Counted from the first letter of the stretch, positions 38,155-48,220 are shown. The stretch is DNA of 64,000 nt from an uncultured candidate division Zixibacteria bacterium (GCA_963806185.1 CAWDXE010000003.1:96001-160000), one strand, 5' to 3'. Notes: generated by a model from the letters alone, not told the origin. Program-made: numbers and translations.

Positions 38155-38625
38155 TCAGTGAATCGAGAGGAATGCGTAGCCGTCAATATCACCCAAGGTC
38201 TCGGGGCCGCCCGTAGTGTCTGCGAACATAACGGCCGCGGCAAGCAACTGCAGTTGCTCCGACGTTACCGGCCAGCTTGGCATTTGATTCGCCTGATCGA
38301 CCAGCAGCTCGAACTGCGAGAAAGACAACTGGTGGGAATGCACCAGCTCCAGCAGATAGCCGTATGCTCCTGAGGTGAAGCGATATCGTTCCGCGGGCGA
38401 CAACAAGCGTTGGGCCGTGGCGCTGGTCGGGAGTTTGCGAAACAGCGTCCGTTCGGCGCCGCGAATGTGGTCCATCATCCAGGAGTAGGCCGAGGTGATT
38501 TCGTCTTCAGAATAGCCGAGCTTGAGCAGGTCGGAGGAGAGGTCCATCAGTTGCTCCTGGTGGCCCATATCTTCACGCATATTATCCATCAAATAAACGA
38601 CAATCTCGAGAATCCGGTTACCCAC
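38155..38625 (-). CDS. DUF494/Smg family protein
   Basis: RILEIVVYLM, L..LGYSEDEITSAYSW, RLLSPAE; GGAGG-N6-GTG start. Confidence 0.8.
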   Translation of the reverse strand: MGNRILEIVVYLMDNMREDMGHQEQLMDLSSDLLKLGYSEDEITSAYSWMMDHIRGAERTLFRKLPTSATAQRLLSPAERYRFTSGAYGYLLELVHSHQLSFSQFELLVDQANQMPSWPVTSEQLQLLAAAVMFADTTGGPETLGDIDGYAFLSIH

Positions 38626-38705
38626 GTCCAGCCTCCACGTAACAGTTAGGAAAAAGATAGGGGGCAGTGGTACGGGATGCAACAAGCAAAAAACACAAGC
38701 CGGAG

Positions 38706-39341
38706 CTATTTGAGCTCCGGCCATTCGGGAAGCGCGACCGGGAGAAAGGAGATGTCATTCAGTCCGGTAAAGACCACCTCGACTTCGATAGTCTCAGCGA
38801 GCTTCAGGAACAGGGCTTTGGGGCGTTCAATTTTGAAATCGTCGAGCTTGATGGTGAATTTTGCTCGCGTCGACAGGGCGAGTGATTCAGCATGCTTGTG
38901 AAGGGAAACCGTGAGTGCCGCCTTGATCTGCCGTTTGACACCATGGATGTAGAAGTACCCCGCGGCTGAGGCGTTGTACAAGGTGTCTGTCTTGAGCACC
39001 GACGGGAGTCCGGAGACAGTTTGCAGCTCGAAGTACGCATCGGGGAACTTGTCGGTATGCAAGTACTTATCGCGCATATGTCCGTCGCGGGTCGCAATGC
39101 CCGTCCGCAGAGTACTCAAGTCGCATTTCAGTGCGCCCGACGCTCCGGAGGCAGTGTTGGCAGGATCGAAGGTTATTGATCCGGTCAGTGTATTGGTCTT
39201 GCCTTCAATGAACTCGAGTTGAGCTGTTGATCGGAAATAGACGGTATCGACGTTCTTCACCGGATCCAGAGTGAATTGCTCGGCGTGCACCTTCGTACCG
39301 ATAAACACAAATATGAAGAGGATAACGAAGCGTGCTCGCAT
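38706..39341 (-). CDS. YceI family polyisoprenoid-binding secreted protein
   Basis: Signal peptide, LRTGIATRDGHMR..YL.TDKFP, IHGVKR, F.IKLDDFKI. Confidence 0.88.
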   Translation of the reverse strand: MRARFVILFIFVFIGTKVHAEQFTLDPVKNVDTVYFRSTAQLEFIEGKTNTLTGSITFDPANTASGASGALKCDLSTLRTGIATRDGHMRDKYLHTDKFPDAYFELQTVSGLPSVLKTDTLYNASAAGYFYIHGVKRQIKAALTVSLHKHAESLALSTRAKFTIKLDDFKIERPKALFLKLAETIEVEVVFTGLNDISFLPVALPEWPELK

Positions 39342-39362
39342 GGATAAACCCTACTCTTTCGT

Positions 39363-40085
39363 CTAGTTATTCGACGCTCCCTGGTTGATCCAGTCGCGTA
39401 TCAAGTTTTGTTCATCGGTGGTCAGATACGGACCACCCAAAGGCATGCGGCTGCCAAACGGCGGCGCCGGGGTAGTCTTAAGGTACAAGTTACTTTGTCC
39501 GCCCAACCCCGGGATCACGTTGGGCGCGTGATCCCCAGTGGTAGTGAGCGTGTTCACGTTGGCAACGCTGAAATTCCCGTTGCCGGGATGACAACCGCCG
39601 CACCCTTTGGCGCTAAACAGCGTCGCAATCTGCGCGGAATAGCTGACGTCGGTGCCACCGTCGCTGGGAGTGATCCTTGTTGTCCCGATACCCTTTGCGA
39701 TCGTCGCGTGAGAGGGAGGACCGAGGGTGATGTCGAACAGTTCGCTCCCCTCAACGTCAGCGTCATCGTTGGTGACCACCACAATCTTGGTACTGGTCGT
39801 ACCGGCAGTAATCGTGCCGGTACCGGAAAGTGCACCGGAGAAGTCGAGGTCGGAAGTGGAGCGGTTGACCAAGGCATAAGAGAACGTAATGTCGGTAGCC
39901 GCGGCAGAACTGAGGGTGACAACGAATGTCACGCTGTTACCCTCGCTGATACCCACCGGATCGTTGATGGATAGCGTAGGCGTGGCGCCGCCGCCGGGGC
40001 TATTGGGCGCTTTGCCGCTATCTGAGCACGAAGCCGCAATCAGCGCGAGAATCGCAACAACAAGGCCGAGAATCCTGGTATTCAT
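39363..40085 (-). CDS. Lipoprotein with a Calx-beta domain and C-terminal monoheme cytochrome c
   Basis: Lipobox AASC, Calx-beta (SEG..VTFVVTLS..DDADVEGSELF), CGGCH, RMPLGG..L...IRDWINQGA. Confidence 0.85.
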   Translation of the reverse strand: MNTRILGLVVAILALIAASCSDSGKAPNSPGGGATPTLSINDPVGISEGNSVTFVVTLSSAAATDITFSYALVNRSTSDLDFSGALSGTGTITAGTTSTKIVVVTNDDADVEGSELFDITLGPPSHATIAKGIGTTRITPSDGGTDVSYSAQIATLFSAKGCGGCHPGNGNFSVANVNTLTTTGDHAPNVIPGLGGQSNLYLKTTPAPPFGSRMPLGGPYLTTDEQNLIRDWINQGASNN

Positions 40086-40104
40086 ATTCAGTTCGTCCCT
40101 TTAC

Positions 40105-41133
40105 TCAGTATCCGACGTGGAGTTGGAGGAAGAAGTCCTTCTCGTCCTTCAGTGGCCCGCTGGTGTAGACCGTGTACGACGGACGCACGAGGACAAACGG
40201 TATCGGGTACAATTCAAGCGAGAAGCGCAGGAATTCTTCCGTTCCGTCGGCGATCCGGCGATTGCCGTCGAAGAAATTGTATTCCCCGACCAGATACAGG
40301 CCGTACTGGATGCGCGTGGTCAGTTGTCCATACGAAATTAGTGTATCGTTACTCCTGCCGACGATATCCCATTCGCCGAGAAGCGTGAACCGATCGTAGT
40401 TCAGCCCACCGAATAGCGCCTTGGCGTGGGGAAAGGAACCAGTGGAACCGGCGACTCTTTCCGAGAGGCGTAAGGAGGCCCCGGCGAGATACCCAAAGGG
40501 ACCAACGGCCCCGGGCCGGTAGGCGTGGAGGGTGTAAACGCCTTGATGGTTGGGGCTGAAGGCCTCGCCGACAATGCTGACCCCCGCGACGTCTGCTCCC
40601 AGAGAGAGACCGTCGAGATACAGAAGTGGCGAGTTGCCGGTACGGGATCGATTGAACGAAGTGTGATCTTCGTTGTGTACTCCGAAGGCCGGAGCAAATC
40701 GACCTGCCTTGAGGTAGTACTTCTGTTGATCGAGGAAATACACGGCATAGTTTTCGGTGATGCCGGTCTCCCCCATTCGCAGCACATACGAGAAGTTCTG
40801 AAATGGCGTGAGTTCGAGAAAGAGATCGGTCTGCATACGAAAGACACGACCGTTGTCGAAAACCAGATGGCGCGAGTCAAAGCCGACTCTGGCATTTTCG
40901 GACACACGAGTCGGTTTGTATTTTTTCGCAAAGAGCTTTTTTGTTTGCGGCAAGGTAAGCTCATTGAAAGCGACAGCGTGATTGCCGAATTCGGTGCGCA
41001 TTCCACCCCCGTTGGGATTAACGTGGCAGGTAACGCATTTCTCTCCGCTTTCCGCGGACAGGCGAGGAAAGCTGTAGATGGAGGCAGCGATGATCAGCGC
41101 CAGACCGAGTAATGGCAAGAGAATTCTGTACAT
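40105..41133 (-). CDS. Outer-membrane beta-barrel with an N-terminal CxxCH heme motif
   Basis: Signal peptide, CVTCHVNPNGGGMR, KAGRFAPAFG porin-like motif, C-terminal beta-signal LQLHVGY. Confidence 0.8.
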   Translation of the reverse strand: MYRILLPLLGLALIIAASIYSFPRLSAESGEKCVTCHVNPNGGGMRTEFGNHAVAFNELTLPQTKKLFAKKYKPTRVSENARVGFDSRHLVFDNGRVFRMQTDLFLELTPFQNFSYVLRMGETGITENYAVYFLDQQKYYLKAGRFAPAFGVHNEDHTSFNRSRTGNSPLLYLDGLSLGADVAGVSIVGEAFSPNHQGVYTLHAYRPGAVGPFGYLAGASLRLSERVAGSTGSFPHAKALFGGLNYDRFTLLGEWDIVGRSNDTLISYGQLTTRIQYGLYLVGEYNFFDGNRRIADGTEEFLRFSLELYPIPFVLVRPSYTVYTSGPLKDEKDFFLQLHVGY

Positions 41134-41220
41134 AAGCTCCCGGTTCCAGAACATGACACAGGCGAACGAATGTGGCGTCGCTCGTGCGTTGTTAAATAGC
41201 GGTCGCTGGGTTAGCGTCAG

Positions 41221-41264
41221 AAAGAAGATCGGCGACCGTCACTCTCTAGAGTTGGGCGGTCGCC
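41221..41264 (-). terminator. Terminator after purH
   Basis: GGCGACCGTC/GGCGGTCGCC stem followed by TCTTCTTT on the minus strand. Confidence 0.55.
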
Positions 41265-41276
41265 AATTCGTGCAGG

Positions 41277-42848
41277 TCAGTGTTTGAAATGCCGGGTGCC
41301 GGTAAAGACCATGGCGGCGCCGGCTTTGTCGGTCGCGGCTATGGCGTCGTCATCACCCTTGGACCCGCCGGGTTGGATAATGGCGGTTACACCGGCATTT
41401 GTGACGGTTTCGACACCGTCAGGCATCGGGAAGAAGGCGTCAGAGGCGCAGACGGCCCCTTTGGCTCGATCGCCCGCCCGTTTGACCGCGAGAAAAGCAG
41501 AATCAACGCGCGAAGTCTGCCCCATGCCGATACCGACAGTCGCCCCTCCTTTGGTGAGAACGATGGCGTTTGATTTCACATGCTTGACCACTTTCCAGGC
41601 GAAGAGCAGTTCGCGGAGTTCGTCGGGGGTTGGTTGGCGCTTCGTGACCGCTTTGCAATCGATAGGGAGAGTGGCCTTTATGTCTTCGGTCTGAGCCAAC
41701 ATACCGCCGCGAAGTTGCTTGAGCGGGAGGTGCGGCGCGCGGCCGGAAGCGATCTCCGGCAGGGCGAGCAGGCGGCGGGTCTTTTTCTTTTTCAGCATGG
41801 CCAGCGCATCATCGGCAAAGGACGGCGCCAAAATGCATTCGACAAATTCGGTTTCATGCAAGAGTGTGGCGCAGGCGATGTCGATGTGCCGGTTCAGCCC
41901 GATGATCGAGCCGAAGGCGGAGAGTGGATCCGACTCGTAGGCCAGCTTGTACGCTTGCGCAATATCCTTGCCAATAGCCGCGCCGCAGGGATTGCTGTGT
42001 TTGACAACGGTTGCGAATGGCTCGTCAAAATCAAGCAGCATGTCCAGACAGGCTTCGAGATCATTGTAGTTATTGTACGAGAGTTCCTTGCCGCTGAGCA
42101 CCGCAGCGTGAACCAGGCTGACACCATTGTATGCCGAGTCGGCGTAAAGAGCAGCGTCCTGGTGGGGATTCTCGCCGTAGCGAAGGGAGGTGACTCGCTT
42201 CAGATTAATCTGCAGCTTGTCGGGGAATTTCTCAACCGCCTTTGGCTGCTGGCCTCGGGCAAAATAGTCGGCGATGGCGGTGTCATAGACGGCCGTCAGG
42301 GCAAAGACCTTCCCCGCGCAGGCGCGGCGGAAATCGAAAGTGGTGGAGCCGTTGTGCTCGCGCAGTTGGTCAATGAGTGAGGGATAGTCGAGCGGATCGA
42401 CAATGACTGTCACGCTCTCGTGGTTTTTTGCACCTGAGCGAAGCATGGAAGGTCCACCGATATCGATGTTCTCTATGATTTCGGCATCGGTCGATCCCTT
42501 TTTCGCAACGGTCTGTTGGAATGGATAGAGATTGACGACGATGAGATCGATGCTTTTCGAGTCGAGTTGGTCGAGTTGGGCGACGTCGTCGGGATCGTTG
42601 CGGCGATACAGAATTCCGCCGTGGATCTTCGGGTGCAGCGTTTTCACGCGGCCGCCCATGACTTCGGGAGAGCCGGTAAAGGTGGAGACAGAGATAACGT
42701 GCAGGCCGGCATCGCGGAGAAACTTCATGGTTCCGCCGGTGGAGATGATTTCGATGCCGAACGACTCGAGCGCTTTGGCCAGATCGGCAAGGCCGGATTT
42801 GTCGGAGACGGAAATCAGCGCGCGGCGAATGCGATTGGTGTCGGTCAT
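41277..42848 (-). CDS. purH: AICAR transformylase/IMP cyclohydrolase
   Basis: ALISVSDK, GRVKTLHP, IDIGGP, RYGENPHQ, SDAFFP, RHFKH. Confidence 0.98.
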   Translation of the reverse strand: MTDTNRIRRALISVSDKSGLADLAKALESFGIEIISTGGTMKFLRDAGLHVISVSTFTGSPEVMGGRVKTLHPKIHGGILYRRNDPDDVAQLDQLDSKSIDLIVVNLYPFQQTVAKKGSTDAEIIENIDIGGPSMLRSGAKNHESVTVIVDPLDYPSLIDQLREHNGSTTFDFRRACAGKVFALTAVYDTAIADYFARGQQPKAVEKFPDKLQINLKRVTSLRYGENPHQDAALYADSAYNGVSLVHAAVLSGKELSYNNYNDLEACLDMLLDFDEPFATVVKHSNPCGAAIGKDIAQAYKLAYESDPLSAFGSIIGLNRHIDIACATLLHETEFVECILAPSFADDALAMLKKKKTRRLLALPEIASGRAPHLPLKQLRGGMLAQTEDIKATLPIDCKAVTKRQPTPDELRELLFAWKVVKHVKSNAIVLTKGGATVGIGMGQTSRVDSAFLAVKRAGDRAKGAVCASDAFFPMPDGVETVTNAGVTAIIQPGGSKGDDDAIAATDKAGAAMVFTGTRHFKH

Positions 42849-42851
42849 AGC

Positions 42852-43748
42852 TTAGTGTCCTGTCAGAAGCCGTTGGGCCTCGCGATAGCGCTCGGCTGCG
42901 GCCGAGATGACATCCTCGGGGAGTCTCGGCGCCGGGGGCTTCTTGTTCCAGTCGAGTTTATCGAGATAATCGCGGATAGGTTGCTTATCGAATGAGGGTT
43001 GTGACTTGCCCACCTGATATTGGTCGACCGGCCAGAAGCGGCTGCTGTCGGGCGAGAGCACCTCGTCGATCAGGATGAACCGGCCGTTTTTGTATCCGAA
43101 TTCGAATTTGGTGTCGGCGATGATGATTCCTTTGGTCAGCGCATAGTCAGCGGCCTTCTTGTAGACGGCCAGTGATTTGTCGCGGCATAATTGGGCGGTT
43201 TCGGGGCCGACAACTTTCACGAGTTGATCATAACTGATGTTTTCGTCGTGGCCGTCGTCATTCTTCGATGACGGTGTGAACAACGGTTGGGGGAGTTTTT
43301 CCGACTCCTGCAGATTAGCCGGAAAGGCGAAACCGTGAACGGAATTCGAGCCCTGCTTTCGGGCGGCGAGCAGTTCCTTCCACATGGAGCCGGAGATATA
43401 CCCCCGCACGATGCACTCGGCGTCGACTCGGTCGGCCTTGGTGACAATCATTGAGCGACCGTCGAGCACGTCGCGATACTTACGCAGCGGCACGGGGTAT
43501 TCGTCGACGTTGGCCGTGACGAGGTGATTGTCGACGACGTCCTTGAGGAAATCGAACCAGAAGAGCGACGTCTGGGTAAGCACTCTGCCCTTGCCGGGGA
43601 TGCCGTTCGGCATGACGACGTCGAACGCCGAGATGCGGTCGCTGGCAATGAACAAGAGCGAGTCGCCCAGGTCGTAAATGTCGCGCACTTTGCCGCGGCG
43701 CATGAGCGGATATTCCCGGATGTCAGTGGTGAGGGTGATGTTTTCCAT
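42852..43748 (-). CDS. purC: SAICAR synthase
   Basis: GKVRDIY, SDRISAFD, ADTKFEFG, DEVLSPDSSRFW. Confidence 0.97.
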   Translation of the reverse strand: MENITLTTDIREYPLMRRGKVRDIYDLGDSLLFIASDRISAFDVVMPNGIPGKGRVLTQTSLFWFDFLKDVVDNHLVTANVDEYPVPLRKYRDVLDGRSMIVTKADRVDAECIVRGYISGSMWKELLAARKQGSNSVHGFAFPANLQESEKLPQPLFTPSSKNDDGHDENISYDQLVKVVGPETAQLCRDKSLAVYKKAADYALTKGIIIADTKFEFGYKNGRFILIDEVLSPDSSRFWPVDQYQVGKSQPSFDKQPIRDYLDKLDWNKKPPAPRLPEDVISAAAERYREAQRLLTGH

Positions 43749-44358
43749 CGGGTATCGTGTACTTCCCTGTTATGAGTTTCTGCAAGGCCTTGGGATACAA
43801 TTTGTGTTCTTCGGAGAGCACGCGTTCGGCCAGTGTCTCCGGCGTGTCCCCTTTGTGCACCGGGACTTTCACCTGTTCCAGCACTATACCATGGTCATAG
43901 ATTTCGTCGACAAGATGAATAGTCACTCCGGATTCGACTTCGTTGGCGTCGATGACCGCTTGATGAACATGGTGGCCATACATTCCCTTCCCGCCGTACT
44001 TGGGCAACAGAGCCGGGTGAATGTTGACGACGCGATGCGGATAGAGCTCCAATACCCTCGTAGGGATCAGCTTCAGAAATCCGGCCAAAGCGACGTACTG
44101 CACGTGACGGGATTGCAGGGCGGCGATAAGTTGTTCCGTGGCGGCAGGGCGCTCCCCCGCTCTGGGGGCGTAGACCAGCGTATCGATGCCGTGCTTTTTT
44201 GCCCGTTCCAGACCGTAGGCGTCGGCAGTCGATGAGACGACCAGTACGATGCGGACCGAGAGTTCGCCGCGCGCAGCCGCATCGATGAGCGATTGCAGGC
44301 CTGTTCCGCGACCTGATATGAAAACGGCTATGTTGGTTAGTTTCTCCGGCATGGTCAC
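43723..44358 (-). CDS. purN: Phosphoribosylglycinamide formyltransferase
   Basis: SGRGT, LAGFLK, NIHPALLP, YDHG. Confidence 0.95.
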   Translation of the reverse strand: MTMPEKLTNIAVFISGRGTGLQSLIDAAARGELSVRIVLVVSSTADAYGLERAKKHGIDTLVYAPRAGERPAATEQLIAALQSRHVQYVALAGFLKLIPTRVLELYPHRVVNIHPALLPKYGGKGMYGHHVHQAVIDANEVESGVTIHLVDEIYDHGIVLEQVKVPVHKGDTPETLAERVLSEEHKLYPKALQKLITGKYTIPDGKHHPHH

Positions 44359-45805
44359 GCCTCGAGTTTCTCCTTGAGGAGTCGGTTGACCGCCTCCGGG
44401 TTGGCCTGGCCGCAGGTCTCTTTCATGACCTGCCCGACAAAGAAGGCGAAGACGTTGGTCTTTCCGCTGCGGTATTTCGCGACATTGTCAGGATTGGCAG
44501 ACAGAATTCGTTCAATTACCGGAACGAGCGCACCATCGTCGGAAATCTGCACCAAACCCTTTTCTTTGATTATAACCGACGGGGCTTTGCCGGTGGCTGT
44601 CATTTCCTCGAATACGGTCTTGGCAAGCTTACCGGAGAGTTCGCCTGATTTCACTTTAGATGAGTAGCTCGGCGATTTGCTTTGGACGAGCGGGGAGATC
44701 CTCAATTTCAATTTTGCGATCCCTGACCGCGCCGAGGACCTCGGTCTGAATCCAGCTCGCGGCGGCACGACCATCGTCAAAGCCGCGCATGACTTCTTCG
44801 TAGAAATCGGCCAGCCCACGAGTGGTGGTAAGGACCGTGCCGTCATACTCGCGCACCCCGTACTGCGAGACGAAGCGAGCCGCTTTCTGTTCGGCCAGCT
44901 CCGGCATATTACGGCGGACTTCCTCGATCCACTCGTCGGAGACGACGAGATTGACCAGATCGGGTTCCGGGAAATACCGGTAGTCGTGCGATTCTTCTTT
45001 GGTGCGCATTTCGCGCGCGACCTGCTTGTCTTCGTCCCACAACATAGTCGCCTGGGTGACCGTACCACCCGACTTGATCAGTTTGATCTGCCGCTGGATT
45101 TCATAATCGAGCGCGCGCTCGACTCCCTTAAAGGAGTTCATGTTTTTCACTTCGGTGCGCGTGCCAAATTCTGTCTGACCAACCGGACGAACGGAGACGT
45201 TGGCGTCGCAGCGCAGGTGCCCTTTTTCCATATCACCGGAGCAAACGCCGGTGTACTGGAGTATCTGCTTAAGTTTGAGTAGATAGGCATGTGCTTCCTG
45301 GGGTGAGCGGAGGTCGGAGGCGCCGACCATTTCGATGAGCGGCACACCACAGCGATTCAGATCGACACGCGTGTACGTTCCTCCCCCTTCAGGGTGAAGC
45401 GACTTGCCGGCGTCTTCTTCTATATGAATGCGAGTGAGCCGGCATGACATCTTGTCGCCGTTCTCCAGCTGGAAGCGGATTTCGCCCCCCTCGCCGATGG
45501 GGCGATCGTACTGCGAAATCTGGTACCCTTTGGGGAGGTCGGGATAGAAGTAGTTCTTGCGGGCGAAGACCGACCGGTTGTGGATGGTGCCACCAACGGC
45601 GAGGATCATTTTCATCGCCAGTTCGACCGCACTCTTGTTGAGCACCGGCAAGTGCGCCGGGCAGGCCAAGGCAGACCGGGCAAGTGAGCGAGTTGGCCGG
45701 CTCGCCGTAGGCGTTTCTGCAGCCGCAGAAAATTTTGGAATTGGTCAGGAGCTGGGCGTGTACCTCGAGCCCGATGACCGGTTCAAATCCGTCGATAGCG
45801 GCCAA
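44355..45805 (-). CDS. gatB: Asp/Glu-tRNA amidotransferase subunit B, with two single-base insertions (about 45650 and 44658)
   Basis: [58 protein letters not shown] spread over three frames. Confidence 0.93.
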
Positions 45806-45957
45806 GTTCCCGTCCTTGATCAGATTCTCCTGCAACCGGAAGGTTTGTCCTCATTTGCTGACCGGTTGCCGAAGGGCTTGCGTTAAGTCGCGAAATATAT
45901 GGTCCCCCCAACGAAAGTCAATTGGTATGCCGCACCCTCGAAGCGCGCCCTAACCGA

Positions 45958-46746
45958 TTATCCTCCAGTCACATCGGATAGAAACTGCCCCAGGTCGCGG
46001 TTGAAGCGGTCAGGATGTTCCATATTCAGCATGTGACCGGCGTTCGGGTAACGATAGAGTCGGCTCCTGACGATGCGCGCATTGAGTTCCTCGCCCAGCG
46101 GCACAAAAATCTTGTCGTGATCGCCTACAAATATGGCGGTCGGCACGGCGATGTGATGCACGTGATCCAAATCGATCGTGCGCGGATACTTGCCGCGCAT
46201 GGGGTCCATCCAGATAGCGCCCGAATGCTCGCGCATCATCGTCTCCAGCTCTTTGGCCAGTTCCGGGCGGCGTTCGCCGTAGTAGCGAAGCGACCAGTCG
46301 AGCCAGAGCGCGCGAGCGGCCTCGACACCCTTTTCACGTGCGGCTTGATCGACTCTGTCGAGCTTCTTACCATTGTTCCATCCGGCGGCGCCGGTGCTGA
46401 CCAGGGTGAGCGATAGCAGGCGATCCTGATGTTTGAGGGCAAACCCGATCGCAGTCACTCCACCTCTCGACAGCCCCACCAGATGGAACTTGGTGATTCC
46501 CAGCGCGTCCATGAAGGCAAGCAGATCGTTAACCCGGTCATCGCGGCCATAGCCGGTCGACGGCGCGTCGGACAAACCGTGCCCGCGCGAATCGAGCAGG
46601 ATGACGCGGTATCGAGCCGAGAAGAGATCTATCTGTGTTCTCCACTGACGATGGTCGAGAGTGAAGCCGTGAAGAAAAATGACCGGCGCCCCCTGGCCAT
46701 ATTCCTCATAGTAGAGTCTCACGGTATCAAGTTGAGCGTACGGCAT
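45958..46746 (-). CDS. Alpha/beta hydrolase
   Basis: FLHGF, DSRGHGLS, GLSRGG nucleophile elbow, GDHD, AGHM. Confidence 0.9.
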   Translation of the reverse strand: MPYAQLDTVRLYYEEYGQGAPVIFLHGFTLDHRQWRTQIDLFSARYRVILLDSRGHGLSDAPSTGYGRDDRVNDLLAFMDALGITKFHLVGLSRGGVTAIGFALKHQDRLLSLTLVSTGAAGWNNGKKLDRVDQAAREKGVEAARALWLDWSLRYYGERRPELAKELETMMREHSGAIWMDPMRGKYPRTIDLDHVHHIAVPTAIFVGDHDKIFVPLGEELNARIVRSRLYRYPNAGHMLNMEHPDRFNRDLGQFLSDVTGG

Positions 46747-46749
46747 GGG

Positions 46750-48186
46750 TCAGAGCAATTTCTCGCAAAGGTGAGAGATCTGGAAGAGTGAGAGTTCGTC
46801 GAATTCCCTCGCCATGAACTGAACACCGATCGGGCGGCCATCGGACGCCGTGCCGAAGGGAACCGAAAGGCCGGGTATACCGGCGAGGTTAGCCGGAATA
46901 GTGTAGGCGTCGCACAGGTACATTGCCAGCGGATCGTCAACCTTCTCGCCGATCCTGAAGGCAGGCGTCGGTGTAGTGGGGGAAATGATCAGGTCGATTT
47001 TTTTGAAAGAGTTTTCAAACTCCCGGCGAAGCAGTTCACGCACCCGGGATGCCTGGATGTAGAAGGCATCGTAGTATCCCGAGGAGAGAACATACGTACC
47101 GAGCATGATGCGCCGCTTAACTTCGCGACCGAACCCGGCCGAGCGGGTATCGGAGTACATAGCCATAAGCGATTTATCGTTGCTTTTGCGCAAGCCGTAC
47201 CTGACACCATCAAAACGGGCCAGGTTGGCCGAGGCCTCGGCCGGGGCTATGATGTAGTAGACGGCGACGGCCTTCTTGGTCATCGGAAGAGAGATATCGA
47301 CAAACCTGTGGCCTTCCCCTTCAAGCGCCTTGCGGCAATTCTGCACTACTGCATTGACTTCGGGATCCAATCCCTCGGCAAAATATTCGCGCGGCACGCC
47401 GATGGTGAACTTGCGGTCCGTTTCTAAGAGTGACGGGTAATCAGGATGGTCGAATGCGACAGAGGTGGAATCAAGCGGATCGCGACCGGCGACTGCCTTG
47501 AAAACCGTGGCCAGATCGCGCGTATTGCGGGCAAGCGGGGATATCTGGTCAGTGGATGAGGCAAACGCGACCAGACCATAGCGCGAGATGCCGCCATAAG
47601 AAGGTTTCAATCCGAACAGACCGCAGAAGGCAGCCGGCTGCCGGACGGAACCGCCGGTCTCGGACCCGAAAGCGAGCGGCGTAATCCCTTGCGCCACGGA
47701 GGCTGCCGATCCCCCCGATGAACCGCCGGGGACAAGGGTGTGACGGAAGGGGTTCTTCGCCGGGCCGAAGGAGGAGTTTTCATTGGACGACCCCATCGCG
47801 AATTCGTCCATGTTGGTTTTGCCGATGATGACCGCACCCGCCGCGATCAAACGGGTGACCAGAGTCGCGTCGTACGGCGGGATGTATCCCTCCAAAATGT
47901 GCGAGCCGCAAGTGAGAGGGTAATCGGTATACGAGATATTATCCTTAAGGGCGATCGGCACGCCGGCAAGCGGAAGATCTCTTGCCTCTCCCCGCTTCGC
48001 ACGGGCATCGATCGCTCCCGCTTGGCAGTGCGCCTTCTCCTCACAAATCGTAATGAAGGCATTTAGCTGCTGGCCTTCAGTTTTGGCAAGGCTGATTGCC
48101 TCTTTCGCAATTTCCACTGCCGACAACCGGCCGGATGTGACTGCGTCAGCGATTTCACAAGCGTGGAGTTTCTTGTATTCAGACAT
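46750..48186 (-). CDS. gatA: Asp/Glu-tRNA amidotransferase subunit A
   Basis: KDNI, GKTNMDEFAMGSS, GGSSGGS, GGSVRQPA, EVKRRIMLG; start at MSEYKK. Confidence 0.96.
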   Translation of the reverse strand: MSEYKKLHACEIADAVTSGRLSAVEIAKEAISLAKTEGQQLNAFITICEEKAHCQAGAIDARAKRGEARDLPLAGVPIALKDNISYTDYPLTCGSHILEGYIPPYDATLVTRLIAAGAVIIGKTNMDEFAMGSSNENSSFGPAKNPFRHTLVPGGSSGGSAASVAQGITPLAFGSETGGSVRQPAAFCGLFGLKPSYGGISRYGLVAFASSTDQISPLARNTRDLATVFKAVAGRDPLDSTSVAFDHPDYPSLLETDRKFTIGVPREYFAEGLDPEVNAVVQNCRKALEGEGHRFVDISLPMTKKAVAVYYIIAPAEASANLARFDGVRYGLRKSNDKSLMAMYSDTRSAGFGREVKRRIMLGTYVLSSGYYDAFYIQASRVRELLRREFENSFKKIDLIISPTTPTPAFRIGEKVDDPLAMYLCDAYTIPANLAGIPGLSVPFGTASDGRPIGVQFMAREFDELSLFQISHLCEKLL

Positions 48187-48192
48187 GGCCAG

Positions 48193-48220
48193 AATATAGA
48201 AAACTGGGGGTCGATAGCAA
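48193..48220 (-). promoter_or_regulatory. Sigma-70 promoter directly before the gatA ATG
   Basis: TTGCTA-N16-TATATT, then 6 nt to ATG, with no SD. Confidence 0.5.

Noticed and set aside
34688..45805. dnaB, udg and gatB as true pseudogenes
   Set aside because: Otherwise intact conserved genes, each repaired by single-base edits; sequencing error is more parsimonious
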